Of a DNA stretch of 64,000 nt, positions 8,973 to 17,618 are shown in pieces. This stretch comes from Planctomycetota bacterium. GTDB lineage: Bacteria; Planctomycetota; PLA2; JAEUHO01. Made by a program: the position numbers and the translations under genes. The stretch spans positions 1-64,000 of the forward strand of contig CBDCWP010000042.1 in assembly GCA_965223505.1 (NCBI GenBank), written 5' to 3'. A model generated the notes under the pieces. The model worked only from the letters and a program-made list of their open reading frames with translations, was not told the origin of the DNA and ran no database searches. Numbering within the stretch: position 1 is the stretch's first letter; the number at the start of each line of letters is the position of its first letter.

Positions 8973-10177
8973 CACGGTCGCACCTGCAGCACGTAGCCCG
9001 AGAGATATCGGCTCGCAGGCGCGCCGGGCGCGATCGGGTGATCGGGGCCGGCGTGGAGTTGATGGACGACGCGCACGAACCGGCGACAGTCGCGTCCCGC
9101 GCTCTGCGCGAGGTCGAGCAACTTGTCCGCGTCCATCCGCGGGCTGCACGAGAACGTCGCCAGGAATCCGCCCGGCTCGACGCGCGTCATGGCGCGCACG
9201 TTCAGCTCGCGGTAGGTCTTCCACGCCTTCGCCGCGCTGCCTTTCGTCGGCATCAGGTTCGGCGGATCCAGCACGACGCAGTCGAACGTGAGCCCGTCCT
9301 CCCGCAGGCGCCTCAGGACGTCGGTCACGTCCCCACGCTCGAAGACGGCGCGGTCCGCGCACCCGTTGCGCTCGGCGTTGCGCCGTGCCGTATCGAGCGC
9401 ATGGCCCGAGCTGTCGACGGCCAGCGCGCCAGCCGCGCCGTTGCGAAGCGCCTGGATGGCGAACCCGCCCGTGCCGCAGTAGAGGTCGAGCACGCGCAGC
9501 CCGCGGCTGAGCGCGCCGACGATCACGCGGTTCTCCCGCTGATCCGCGAAGTGGCCGGTCTTCTGACCCGCCAGCGGCGCGACCTCGAGCGCCATGCCGC
9601 GCTCGTGAACCCACAGCGGCGGCGACGGGTTGGCCCCCACGATGTACGGCTGGGCATCCGGCACGATGCCCTCTTCGCGTTCGAATCCGGCGGGCCGGCC
9701 GATGACGGCCGCGGCGCCGGTCCGTTCTCTCAACAGGCGTGCCAGCTCGTCGCGCCGGGCATGCATGGGGTGGGTCGCGAACTGCGCGACGAGCACGTCG
9801 CCGAGCCGGTCGACCACCAGCCCCGGCAGGCCGTCCCCTTCCGAGTGAACGAGCCGGTACGCGTCGGTGTCCTCGGAGTCGGGAAACAGCCGCTCGCGTA
9901 ACCCGACGGCGGCTTCGATGCGCGCACGCAGGACCTCTTCCAGGTCGACGCCGCTGTCGCCGCGCTCGACCAGGCGCACCCGAATCGCCGACCGGGGCGA
10001 ATAGAGCCCTCTGCCCACGACGCGGCCTTCGGGATCGATCACGCGCACGACGTCGCTCGCGTCATCGCCCTCGATGGCAGCGACGCTGTCGGCAAACACC
10101 CAGGGGTGTCCCATCCAAAGCGGCTTGGCTCGACCGGGCTTGAGTTGAAGCGTGCGCACCGCAGGAGAGGATCGCAC
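8969..10177 (-). CDS. rlmI: RlmI/RlmK-family SAM-dependent rRNA methyltransferase
   Basis: PUA-like GHPWVF, SEGDGLPGLVVD, GQKTGHFADQRENR, VLDLYCGTGGF, VLDPP, FSCS. Confidence 0.85.
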   Translation of the reverse strand: MRSSPAVRTLQLKPGRAKPLWMGHPWVFADSVAAIEGDDASDVVRVIDPEGRVVGRGLYSPRSAIRVRLVERGDSGVDLEEVLRARIEAAVGLRERLFPDSEDTDAYRLVHSEGDGLPGLVVDRLGDVLVAQFATHPMHARRDELARLLRERTGAAAVIGRPAGFEREEGIVPDAQPYIVGANPSPPLWVHERGMALEVAPLAGQKTGHFADQRENRVIVGALSRGLRVLDLYCGTGGFAIQALRNGAAGALAVDSSGHALDTARRNAERNGCADRAVFERGDVTDVLRRLREDGLTFDCVVLDPPNLMPTKGSAAKAWKTYRELNVRAMTRVEPGGFLATFSCSPRMDADKLLDLAQSAGRDCRRFVRVVHQLHAGPDHPIAPGAPASRYLSGYVLQVRPW

Positions 10178-10184
10178 GCCGCCG

Positions 10185-11213
10185 CTACCTGGCGAGGGAT
10201 TGCAGCCAGTCGCGCTCCACGTCGGCCAGCGTCTCCCCCAGCGCGGATTCGAGCGCGCTGTCGGCCAGCGGCCCTCGCAGGAGCCGAGCGACGAGGTCCA
10301 GGACGGCGCGCCGCTGCCGCGGGCGTGAGTCGTCGAGCAGATAGCGCATGAAGACGCTGGTTTGGTCGTAGTGCCGGCCCTCGAACTTGTCCTGTCCGAG
10401 CCGCACGAGCGTGGCCAACGGCGTCCACTGCTTCCACGCCATGCGTTGCTCGAACCGCTCGACGCGCAACGCGCCGGCGTCGGTGCCCTCGGGATCGCCG
10501 AGGGTCTCGCTGTGGATGGCGATGCCCTCCCACAACCAGAACCAGCCCTCGTTGAATGGACGGCCGCGAAGCGACTGACGCCGGCTCAGATCGAGCACCT
10601 GGTGCGTCATCTCGTGGCGCAGGTCGGCGATCCACGGCAAGGCCCCCGCGGGCGCGGGCTCCATGCTCACGTAGACGACCCCTTCGGCGGCGTCGTAGAA
10701 CGCGCCCCAGCTCACCGGATTCGGGACGATGCCGTAGAGGATGCGCTCGAACTCGGCACGCGTGTCGGTCACCACGACGGGCAAGGGGTCGTATGGAAGG
10801 CGCAGATCCAGCACCTCGCCGTAGGTGAGCATGAGTCGCATGACGTGCACCTGTGCGGCGCGCGCGGCCTTCACCGCGTCGACCCATGCGCAGTTGGTCG
10901 TCATGGCGACGTGGTCGGTTCGCAGCCGATAGCCGTCCCGCGCGCTGACGTTGGCCGGCAGCGGCTGCGAAAACGGGACATAGTCCGCCCCGTCGAACAC
11001 GACGCGGCGCTCGTAGGGCTCGACCTCGTCCGCATCGATCCAGAGCAGGTCGTCGACCTTCACCCAGCCGCGGTCCTGCGGGTCTCGCCCGCTGAACGGC
11101 GGCATGCGCTCCCCCGAACCCCGGTAGCGCGGCGGGACGGGGCGCCCGTCCTCGACGGGGTCGGAGTCGATGGGCGTCACGCAGCCCGCGCACACCAGGA
11201 TCGCGAGGAGCAT
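10185..11213 (-). CDS. DUF1570-like zinc metallopeptidase-domain lipoprotein
   Basis: Possible lipobox CAGC; GAFYD; HEMTHQ (HExxH) followed by WLWEGIA. Start codon uncertain. Confidence 0.7.
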   Translation of the reverse strand: MLLAILVCAGCVTPIDSDPVEDGRPVPPRYRGSGERMPPFSGRDPQDRGWVKVDDLLWIDADEVEPYERRVVFDGADYVPFSQPLPANVSARDGYRLRTDHVAMTTNCAWVDAVKAARAAQVHVMRLMLTYGEVLDLRLPYDPLPVVVTDTRAEFERILYGIVPNPVSWGAFYDAAEGVVYVSMEPAPAGALPWIADLRHEMTHQVLDLSRRQSLRGRPFNEGWFWLWEGIAIHSETLGDPEGTDAGALRVERFEQRMAWKQWTPLATLVRLGQDKFEGRHYDQTSVFMRYLLDDSRPRQRRAVLDLVARLLRGPLADSALESALGETLADVERDWLQSLAR

Positions 11214-11275
11214 TGTCGCGTGGCGCTTCGGTGCGGGCTGGGGGACCACCAACATCGGCCCGTAGGATACCGCCC

Positions 11276-11779
11276 GTGTCTCGCAAACCCGCCCGTTCCA
11301 AGTCCGGCGCCAAGGGGTCATCCAATGCGAGCGATCCGAAGGTCGTTGTCAGGGCCACGAATCGCCGGGCGTTTCGCAATTACGTGATCGAGGACAAGGT
11401 CGAGGCGGGGCTCGTGTTGACCGGCAGCGAGGTGAAGTCCCTACGGGTCAGCACGCCGACCCTGACCGAAGGCTACGCGCGCTTCGAGGGCGAGGAGCTG
11501 TGGCTGCACAACGTGCACATCCACCCGTTGCCCCAGGCCTCCTACTTCAATCACGAGCCGACGCGCAAACGCAAGTGCCTCATGTACAAGCGCGAACTGC
11601 GCAAGCTCAAGCTGCGCCTGGAGGCGAAGGGCGCGACGATCGTGCCGCTGTCGCTCTACTTCAAGGGGACGCGGGTCAAGGTGGAGCTGGGCATCGGCCG
11701 CGGCCGCCGCAAGGGCGACCGGCGCCAGGCGGATCGGGACAAGGAGGACCGCCGGAAGATCCGGGACGCGTCATTGTAG
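11276..11779 (+). CDS. smpB: SsrA-binding protein SmpB
   Basis: NRRAFRNY, EAGLVLTGSEVKSLR, NHEPTRKRK, TIVPLSLYFK; next to tmRNA; TAGGAT 7 nt before GTG. Confidence 0.97.
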   Translation: MSRKPARSKSGAKGSSNASDPKVVVRATNRRAFRNYVIEDKVEAGLVLTGSEVKSLRVSTPTLTEGYARFEGEELWLHNVHIHPLPQASYFNHEPTRKRKCLMYKRELRKLKLRLEAKGATIVPLSLYFKGTRVKVELGIGRGRRKGDRRQADRDKEDRRKIRDASL

Positions 11780-11915
11780 CGAGCTCTCGAGAGCCCCGGC
11801 ACGAGCGGGTTGCGTTCTCCAGGTCCTTCAGGGGTCGCGCCCGCGCCGCCGGTACAATGGTTGCGCTCTGTGACATCGCGGGTTCCTGCACCACCAAGCT
11901 GTTCACGATCGACGT

Positions 11916-12266
11916 GGGGGCGAATGGATTCGACCGGGCGTCGGTCCGTATGGGTGGCGCGCCGAGGATCCAGGTTGACCTCGTCAAAACAGCCTGGAAA
12001 CCACAGTTGCCAACAGCAACTACGCACTCGCCGCTTAGTTAAGCGGCGCGATCACTCCCCTCTGTCTGCAAGGGGATGCTGATTGCCATTCTGCAGACTG
12101 GCCCCAGCCTCGCCGTGTGTCGGTGCGACGGGTGAGATAACACACACTGGTTCGACGAGCAGCCTGTCCCGGGCGGCGCGCTGAACGAGATACAAAACAA
12201 GGACTACGCGCGTAGAGGCTCATGCGGGCTCGTCTAGGGACGGGGGTTCGATTCCCCCCGCCTCCA
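11916..12266 (+). ncRNA. ssrA: tmRNA; tag peptide (A)ANSNYALAA at 12009-12038; 3' CCA not encoded
   Basis: 5' GGGGGCGAATGGATTCGAC pairs with 3' CGCCTCC-A including the G3-U alanine determinant; T-arm GGGGGTTCGATTCCCCC; tag ORF ends YALAA-TAG. Confidence 0.97.
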
Positions 12267-12371
12267 TTTTTGATTTCTGGCAACGGCCCGCCAAGACAGT
12301 GGCGGCCCGTGCGCGACGGTGCTTGTGGGAATTCCGCCTACTGTTTCAGTGCGCAGCTCGCGGACGTGGCA

Positions 12372-12698
12372 CTAGCGATCCACCGGCGCGAAATGCGGAA
12401 ACGGGCGCGTCGACTCCTGCAGCTCCGCCAACGGCACGAAGTCGCACACCTCCGCCATCGGCCCCCAGATCTTCTGCACCTCGGGATCGCTGTGCGCCGC
12501 CCGCGCCGCCTCGTGCGACACCCACTCGAACACCTCGACGAACGTGCCGTCGGCATAGGAACGCATCACGATCGGCGCACGATCCGTGACGAGGCCCAGC
12601 TCGCGCAACTTCGGCACGTGCTGCTCGATCAGCGCCTTCAGCTCTTCCTCCTTGCCCGACTTCGGCTTGTACAACGCCGTCACGATCTCACGCGCCAT
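12372..12698 (-). CDS. Small dimeric alpha-beta barrel (ABM-like) protein
   Basis: YKPKSGKEEEL...GTFVEVFEW.S.EAARAAH..PEV..IW; GGAGGG RBS; overlaps the macrodomain gene stop. Confidence 0.7.
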   Translation of the reverse strand: MAREIVTALYKPKSGKEEELKALIEQHVPKLRELGLVTDRAPIVMRSYADGTFVEVFEWVSHEAARAAHSDPEVQKIWGPMAEVCDFVPLAELQESTRPFPHFAPVDR

Positions 12699-13221
12699 CG
12701 GTCCCTCCACTCGAGCGCCGCGCCAGCGCCTCGCGCAGCAGTGTCGCATTCCCCTCGTCGAAGGCACACAAGACGATTCGTTGCGGCGTCTCGTTTTCGC
12801 GGGCGAAGCGTAGGCATGCACGCACGGCCACGTCGGCGGCGAGCTCCGACGGGTACCCGTAGATCCCCGTGCTGATGCACGGAAACGCGATGCTGTCTGC
12901 GCCGCGCTCCGCCGCCAGCTTCAGCGCATGCTTGTAGCAGCTCGAGAGGTGCGCCGCCTCCCCGCGGCTCCCGCCGTGCCACACCGGGCCCACCGCGTGG
13001 ATGACCCAGCGGGCCTTTAGCGCAAAGCCGTCGGTCACGACCGCGTCGCCCGTCTCGCAGGGCGCGAGCGGGGCGCACGCCTCGGCCAATGCCGGTCCCG
13101 CCGTCCTGTGAATCGCCCCGCAGACCCCGCCACCGGGCTGGAGCTGCTCGTTGGCGGCGTTCACGATCGCGTCGACGTCGAGCGCCGTGATGTCGCCCTG
13201 CACGACCTCGATCCCGCTCAT
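12688..13221 (-). CDS. Macrodomain protein (O-acetyl-ADP-ribose deacetylase, YmdB/MacroD-like)
   Basis: GDIT, DAIVNAAN, GGGVCGAIH, VIHAVGP, AFPCISTGIYGYP. Confidence 0.93.
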   Translation of the reverse strand: MSGIEVVQGDITALDVDAIVNAANEQLQPGGGVCGAIHRTAGPALAEACAPLAPCETGDAVVTDGFALKARWVIHAVGPVWHGGSRGEAAHLSSCYKHALKLAAERGADSIAFPCISTGIYGYPSELAADVAVRACLRFARENETPQRIVLCAFDEGNATLLREALARRSSGGTDGA

Positions 13222-13298
13222 TCGGCATGCCCTCAGCTTCATGTCAGTTTGGTGTCCAGAGTATGACCCGGCCGGGTTCGGCTGGGACCGGAGGATTC

Positions 13299-14252
13299 AT
13301 GCGCATCGCCGTCATCGGCGCTCGACGTCGCCGCCAGGGGATCGGCGAACACCTGGCCCGCTTTCTCGCAGCCGAGGGATGCGAGATCGCCGCGGTCGTC
13401 GGCACGACCCGGGCGACCGTCGCCGATGCGATTGCCGGACTCGGCTCCGCGTGCGGGATCGCGCCCGTCGGGTTCACCGACGCGGCCGAGATGTTCACGA
13501 CGACCCGGCCCGAGGCGGTCGTCATCGCCAGCCCGCACGAGAGCCACGCCGACTACCTCGGCCTGGCCCTGGAAGCGGGCGCGCACACCCTGTGCGAGAA
13601 ACCGGTGTGTTGGGGCGGCGCATCGCCGGCCGACCAGGCCGAGCGCTACGGCGGCGCCTTCCTCGAAGCGAAGCTGCATCTTCGCGTGAACGCGCAGTGG
13701 CCGTTCACGCTGCCGACGTATCGCGAGATCGCGGAAGGTGCGCTCGACCACACGCCGTCCCGATTCTGGATGCGGATGTCCCCCTCGAGCAGCGGCTTCG
13801 CCATGTTGCTCGACGCGCTGCCGCATCCGCTCAGCCTGCTGTACGCCGTGGCGCCCGACCCGGACGCGACCGTCGGCAACGTCAACATCGAGGGCGCCGG
13901 AGACGAGAGCACGAACGTCGTCGTCTGCTTCGACTACGCGGCGCGCGGACATCCGATTTCCTGTGAGATCGAGTTGATTCAGTGCCCGGCGCAACCCCGC
14001 CCCGCTGCATTCGGATTCGATGGGCAGGACGTCCACCGCGAGGTCACCCTGTCGCCGTACGCGCTGTACCTCACGCGCGGTGATCGCCGGGTTCCTCTGC
14101 CCGATCCAACGCCGCTTCTCGTACGCTCGTTCCTCGACGACGTCGCCGGCGGCCCCCCCACCGCGATCGACCCGAGCGTGCGCCCGGGCATGCGCCACCT
14201 GCGGGACCTCTGCGCGGCGTTTCGAAGTCCGCGCGAGATTCCCGCCACGTGA
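13299..14252 (+). CDS. Gfo/Idh/MocA-family oxidoreductase
   Basis: GGAGGA RBS; MRIAVIG; VVIASPHESH; HTLCEKP. Confidence 0.85.
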   Translation: MRIAVIGARRRRQGIGEHLARFLAAEGCEIAAVVGTTRATVADAIAGLGSACGIAPVGFTDAAEMFTTTRPEAVVIASPHESHADYLGLALEAGAHTLCEKPVCWGGASPADQAERYGGAFLEAKLHLRVNAQWPFTLPTYREIAEGALDHTPSRFWMRMSPSSSGFAMLLDALPHPLSLLYAVAPDPDATVGNVNIEGAGDESTNVVVCFDYAARGHPISCEIELIQCPAQPRPAAFGFDGQDVHREVTLSPYALYLTRGDRRVPLPDPTPLLVRSFLDDVAGGPPTAIDPSVRPGMRHLRDLCAAFRSPREIPAT

Positions 14253-15514
14253 CGCAGTCGCCCAACCCTCCGACCTCCGACGATCCGGCAGCGGCGCCGG
14301 CGCTCGAGCCGGTCCACGATTTCGTCGGCAAGCTGCGCCAGCCGGGGCTCCTTCCGCGCGTCCAGGACTACGTGGATTGGCGGCGCGCCGTGCTCGCGGC
14401 GCGCGCGGCCGGCGACGACGCGCCGGCGATGCCGGACTGGGCCCCGCTCTCGATCAACCTCGATCTCACGACCGCCTGCAACTACGCCTGCGACCACTGC
14501 ATCGACTGGGACATCCTCAACAGCGGCATCTCCTACGACGACCGGGCGCTGCGCACGTCGATCGCGAACATGGCGAAGCGGGGGCTTCGGAGCGTGATCC
14601 TGATCGGCGGCGGCGAGCCGACCGTCTACCCGGGGTTCCGCGACATCGTCGGGTTCCTGAAGGACCTGGGACTCCAGGTCGCGATCGTCTCGAACGGCAG
14701 CCGCAACGATCGCATCCTCGACGTCGTCGACCGCCTGGACGAGCACGACTGGGTGCGGCTGAGCCTCGACGCCGGCACCGACGCCACGTTCCAGGCGATG
14801 CACAAGCCCAAGAAGCCGGTCACGCTCGAGGAAATCTGCGCATGGATCCCGCGCATCAAAGCGCGCAACCCGCGCCCGCGCATCGGCTTCTCGTACATCA
14901 TCGTCTGGGAGGGCGCCGAGCGCGGTCCCGACACGCCGCCGATCGTCGAGAACATCGACGAGATCCCCGAAGCGGCACGGCTCGCCCGCGATCACCAGTA
15001 CGACTACATCTCGTTCAAGCCGTTCCTCACCCGCGCGCCGGACGGCGCCGAGATCATGGATCCCGACGCCGCGCGCCAAGACCACCAGACGTTCGTCGCG
15101 CGGATCCGCGCGAAGGTGGACGCCGCCAAGGCGCTCGCGTCCGAGACCTTCGCCGTTCTCGAGAGCACGAATCTGAAGCTGCTCGAGACCGAACGCTGGC
15201 GGTCCTGGACCGCTCAGCCGCGAACGTGTCACATGCAGGCCTTCCGGCAGGTGCTGTCGCCGTTGGGCCTCTGGAACTGCCCGGCCCACCGGGGCGTGGA
15301 CAAGGCGCGCATCGCGGACCGGGACGCGTTCGGCGACGACGGCGCGACGAACGCGAAGGTCGGCGCCATGCTCGACTCGTTCGATGCGAGCTCGGAGTGC
15401 CGCGAGGTCACCTGTCTCTACCACGCTGCGAACTGGTGGATCGAGCAGGCGATCGAGGATCCGCGGGGTCGCCTGGCGGGCGAATCGCACGACGGCGAGG
15501 ACCACTTCCTCTGA
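14249..15514 (+). CDS. Radical SAM protein with C-terminal SPASM/twitch-like auxiliary cluster
   Basis: CNYACDHC (CxxxCxxC), IGGGEPT, VSNGS, WVRLSLDAG; C-terminal C-x16-C ... C-x4-C; GTGA coupling. Confidence 0.9.
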   Translation: MTQSPNPPTSDDPAAAPALEPVHDFVGKLRQPGLLPRVQDYVDWRRAVLAARAAGDDAPAMPDWAPLSINLDLTTACNYACDHCIDWDILNSGISYDDRALRTSIANMAKRGLRSVILIGGGEPTVYPGFRDIVGFLKDLGLQVAIVSNGSRNDRILDVVDRLDEHDWVRLSLDAGTDATFQAMHKPKKPVTLEEICAWIPRIKARNPRPRIGFSYIIVWEGAERGPDTPPIVENIDEIPEAARLARDHQYDYISFKPFLTRAPDGAEIMDPDAARQDHQTFVARIRAKVDAAKALASETFAVLESTNLKLLETERWRSWTAQPRTCHMQAFRQVLSPLGLWNCPAHRGVDKARIADRDAFGDDGATNAKVGAMLDSFDASSECREVTCLYHAANWWIEQAIEDPRGRLAGESHDGEDHFL

Positions 15515-16263
15515 TGAAGGAACCGGTGGACATCCGGATCGTCGAGGATCGAACCGACGACACCCGCTGTGACGAGGGGTTCTTGCGGGTGCGCCGCTTC
15601 ATCGTGCAGAACGAGTACGCGGACGGCACGACGTCCGAGCGGTACCCGTGCGACGTCGTCTCGCGCCGACAGCCCGACGCCGTGGCGGTCCTCGTCTACG
15701 AGGTGAACGAGGACCGGCAGGTGCATGTAGCTCTTCGAAGCGGTGTGCGTCCGCCGGTGTACCTGCGCAAGCACAAGCAGTTCGTCCAGCCCGATGCGCG
15801 CGCGTACGTCCTCCTGACGGAGATGGTCGCCGGGCTGCTCGAGCCCGACGACGAGGGCCCCGGCGGGCTCGGACGGCGCGCGGCGGCGGAGTGCCTGGAG
15901 GAGGCCGGCATTCGCGTCGACCCCGACGACACGGTCGAGCTCGGCGCGCCGATGTTCCCGACGCCGGGCATCACCGACGAAAAGGTCTTCTACCGCGCCG
16001 TCGAGTCTCCTTTGGCGGATCGCGTCGAGCCCGAGAGCGACGGGTCGATCATGGAGGAAGCGGGCGAGGTGGTGATCCTGCCGATCGACGAGGCCGTTCG
16101 CCGCTGTCGGTCCGGCGAGATGCCGGACAGCAAGACCGAGGTGGCGCTCTTGCGGCTCTGCGACCTCATCGGCTACTCGGTGCAGCTCGGCAGGTTTCTC
16201 GACGAGCTGCCCGACGACGTGCGGCCAAAGCCGGAACGCGGGTCGTGGTTGCTGGGCAACTGA
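15514..16263 (+). CDS. NUDIX hydrolase (ADP-ribose / NDP-sugar pyrophosphatase-like)
   Basis: TGATG coupling; EMVAGLLE...AAAECLEEAGI Nudix box; FPTPGITDEK; DSKT. Confidence 0.85.
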   Translation: MKEPVDIRIVEDRTDDTRCDEGFLRVRRFIVQNEYADGTTSERYPCDVVSRRQPDAVAVLVYEVNEDRQVHVALRSGVRPPVYLRKHKQFVQPDARAYVLLTEMVAGLLEPDDEGPGGLGRRAAAECLEEAGIRVDPDDTVELGAPMFPTPGITDEKVFYRAVESPLADRVEPESDGSIMEEAGEVVILPIDEAVRRCRSGEMPDSKTEVALLRLCDLIGYSVQLGRFLDELPDDVRPKPERGSWLLGN

Positions 16264-16314
16264 CCTGCGGCCGGTCGTCGGCCGGATCAACCCGACACCG
16301 AGCGCTCCACGTCG

Positions 16315-17190
16315 CTAGAACAGCAGCTGCTGCCCTTCGATCTCGGTGAAGCGCTTGAGCTCCGAGTAGGTGCGCACCAGCGGTTCCGGCGCCGGCACCG
16401 GCCCGCCGGTCAGCAGGCTCTTGATCTCGAGCGCGTTCGCGAGCGCCTGTCCGGCGTAGTGGTTGTTGGCGATCAACACGCCCGTTCCGGCCTTCTCGGT
16501 CAGCTCGCGCATGCGGTCGGTGACCTCGGTGACCTCCTTGCGGTCGTAGAGATAGTCGTACCGCTCGTTGCGGCCGGCGCCCTTGTCGAACCACGACTGG
16601 CGGTTGCGTCCGTGAAGGCGCAGGTACGCCAGCTTCGACAAGGACGGATGGTCGAACGGGGGATGATCGCGCGCGCTCGGCATGTCGACGTGCACCAGGC
16701 CGGTGTCGAGACCGCGCAGCCACGCGAGTGCCTCGGGCGTGAACCAGGATGCGTGCCGTGGTTCGAGGTGCAGCGAGGCCGTCGGGAACAGCCGACGAAT
16801 CGACTCGAGCCGGCGCCGGCCTTCGTCGTCGAGGCGTTGAAAGAACGGCAGCTGCACGAGCAGACCGAGACAGACACCCGCCACGGACAGCGGTGCGATG
16901 CCCTCGGAGAACGTGTGCGCCGCGCGATCCATGTCGCCCGACAGCGGCTCGTGGGTGAACGACCGATGTAGCTTGACGAGGAACCGGAAGTCGGGCCGGT
17001 CGGCCACCAGATCGACCCAGCGCCGCGCGTTCCGCTCCTGCGGCAGTGCGTAGAACGTGCTGTTGATCTCGACGCAGTCGACGAAGCGCGCGAGATACGG
17101 CAGCGCGTGGAAGTCGCGCGGTTTGGCACGCGGATAGACGACCCCTTCCCAATCCGCGTACGACCAGCCCGCGACACCGATGTAGATCAC
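16315..17190 (-). CDS. DUF72 family protein
   Basis: IYIGVAGWSYADW, VEINSTFY, LLVQLP, YLRLHGRN, RYDYLY, NNHY. GTG 17190 preferred over 17328 (CACACT 7 nt upstream; atypical codons further up). Confidence 0.9.
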   Translation of the reverse strand: MIYIGVAGWSYADWEGVVYPRAKPRDFHALPYLARFVDCVEINSTFYALPQERNARRWVDLVADRPDFRFLVKLHRSFTHEPLSGDMDRAAHTFSEGIAPLSVAGVCLGLLVQLPFFQRLDDEGRRRLESIRRLFPTASLHLEPRHASWFTPEALAWLRGLDTGLVHVDMPSARDHPPFDHPSLSKLAYLRLHGRNRQSWFDKGAGRNERYDYLYDRKEVTEVTDRMRELTEKAGTGVLIANNHYAGQALANALEIKSLLTGGPVPAPEPLVRTYSELKRFTEIEGQQLLF

Positions 17191-17212
17191 CGGATCCAGT
17201 GTGCCACGAACG

Positions 17213-17400
17213 AAAAGGGCTGCGGCACCGAGCAGAGCGACGGCAGCCAGAGTCACGACCGTGGCGCTACCGCGCCTCACGATTCCAATCGAGCGTTGCG
17301 CTCCTGCGCTCGTCGTTCGACGAGTCACCTTGTCATCTCCCTTCGCGTCGAGGCGTCTCCAAGGGGCTCCATGCCCCGGCCCGACGACGGCATCCCCGAC
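17213..17400 (-). ncRNA. Candidate GGA-loop (CsrA/RsmA-binding-type) small RNA
   Basis: Six GGA motifs, including GGGGC-AUGGA-GCCCC and GCGC-AGGA-GCGC hairpins; ends in a GGCUGC...GCAGCC-C-UUUU terminator-like stem. Ends approximate. Confidence 0.45.
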
Positions 17401-17618
17401 GCAACACGTGGGTCACTTCCGACGATGTGTGAAGAGGTCGCCCTAACTTGCTTCGAATACGCGGGTTAGGTGTGAACAACCGCGACGCGCGGAGCGCCGC
17501 GGGCGCGGGACAGAATGGCCCTGCGGCGGACAAGTTGTTCCCCGACGACCTGGACACATCGTCCCCTCGAGGCCGTTCGCTTCGGTGTCGGCCGCTTCGC
17601 ACCTACCCTCTCCTGCAC

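Noticed and set aside
12264..12270. tmRNA lacks an encoded CCA tail
   Set aside because: Common in bacteria that add CCA enzymatically; the CCA at 12264-12266 is the acceptor stem end plus discriminator.
12241..12372. Possible integrative element at the tmRNA 3' end
   Set aside because: No integrase, no duplicated tmRNA 3' fragment noticed in the window and no compositional shift downstream.
14249..15514. Radical SAM as a RiPP maturase or viperin-like defence enzyme
   Set aside because: No adjacent precursor peptide or RRE/PqqD domain and no defence-island context; the Cys-rich peptides are 23 kb away and are lipoproteins.
17191..17328. 46-aa hydrophobic N-terminal extension making DUF72 membrane-anchored
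   Set aside because: Atypical codons, overlap with a terminator-like hairpin and a -10-like box before GTG 17190 favour non-coding sequence. Not fully excluded, since an AAGGGAG lies upstream of GTG 17328.
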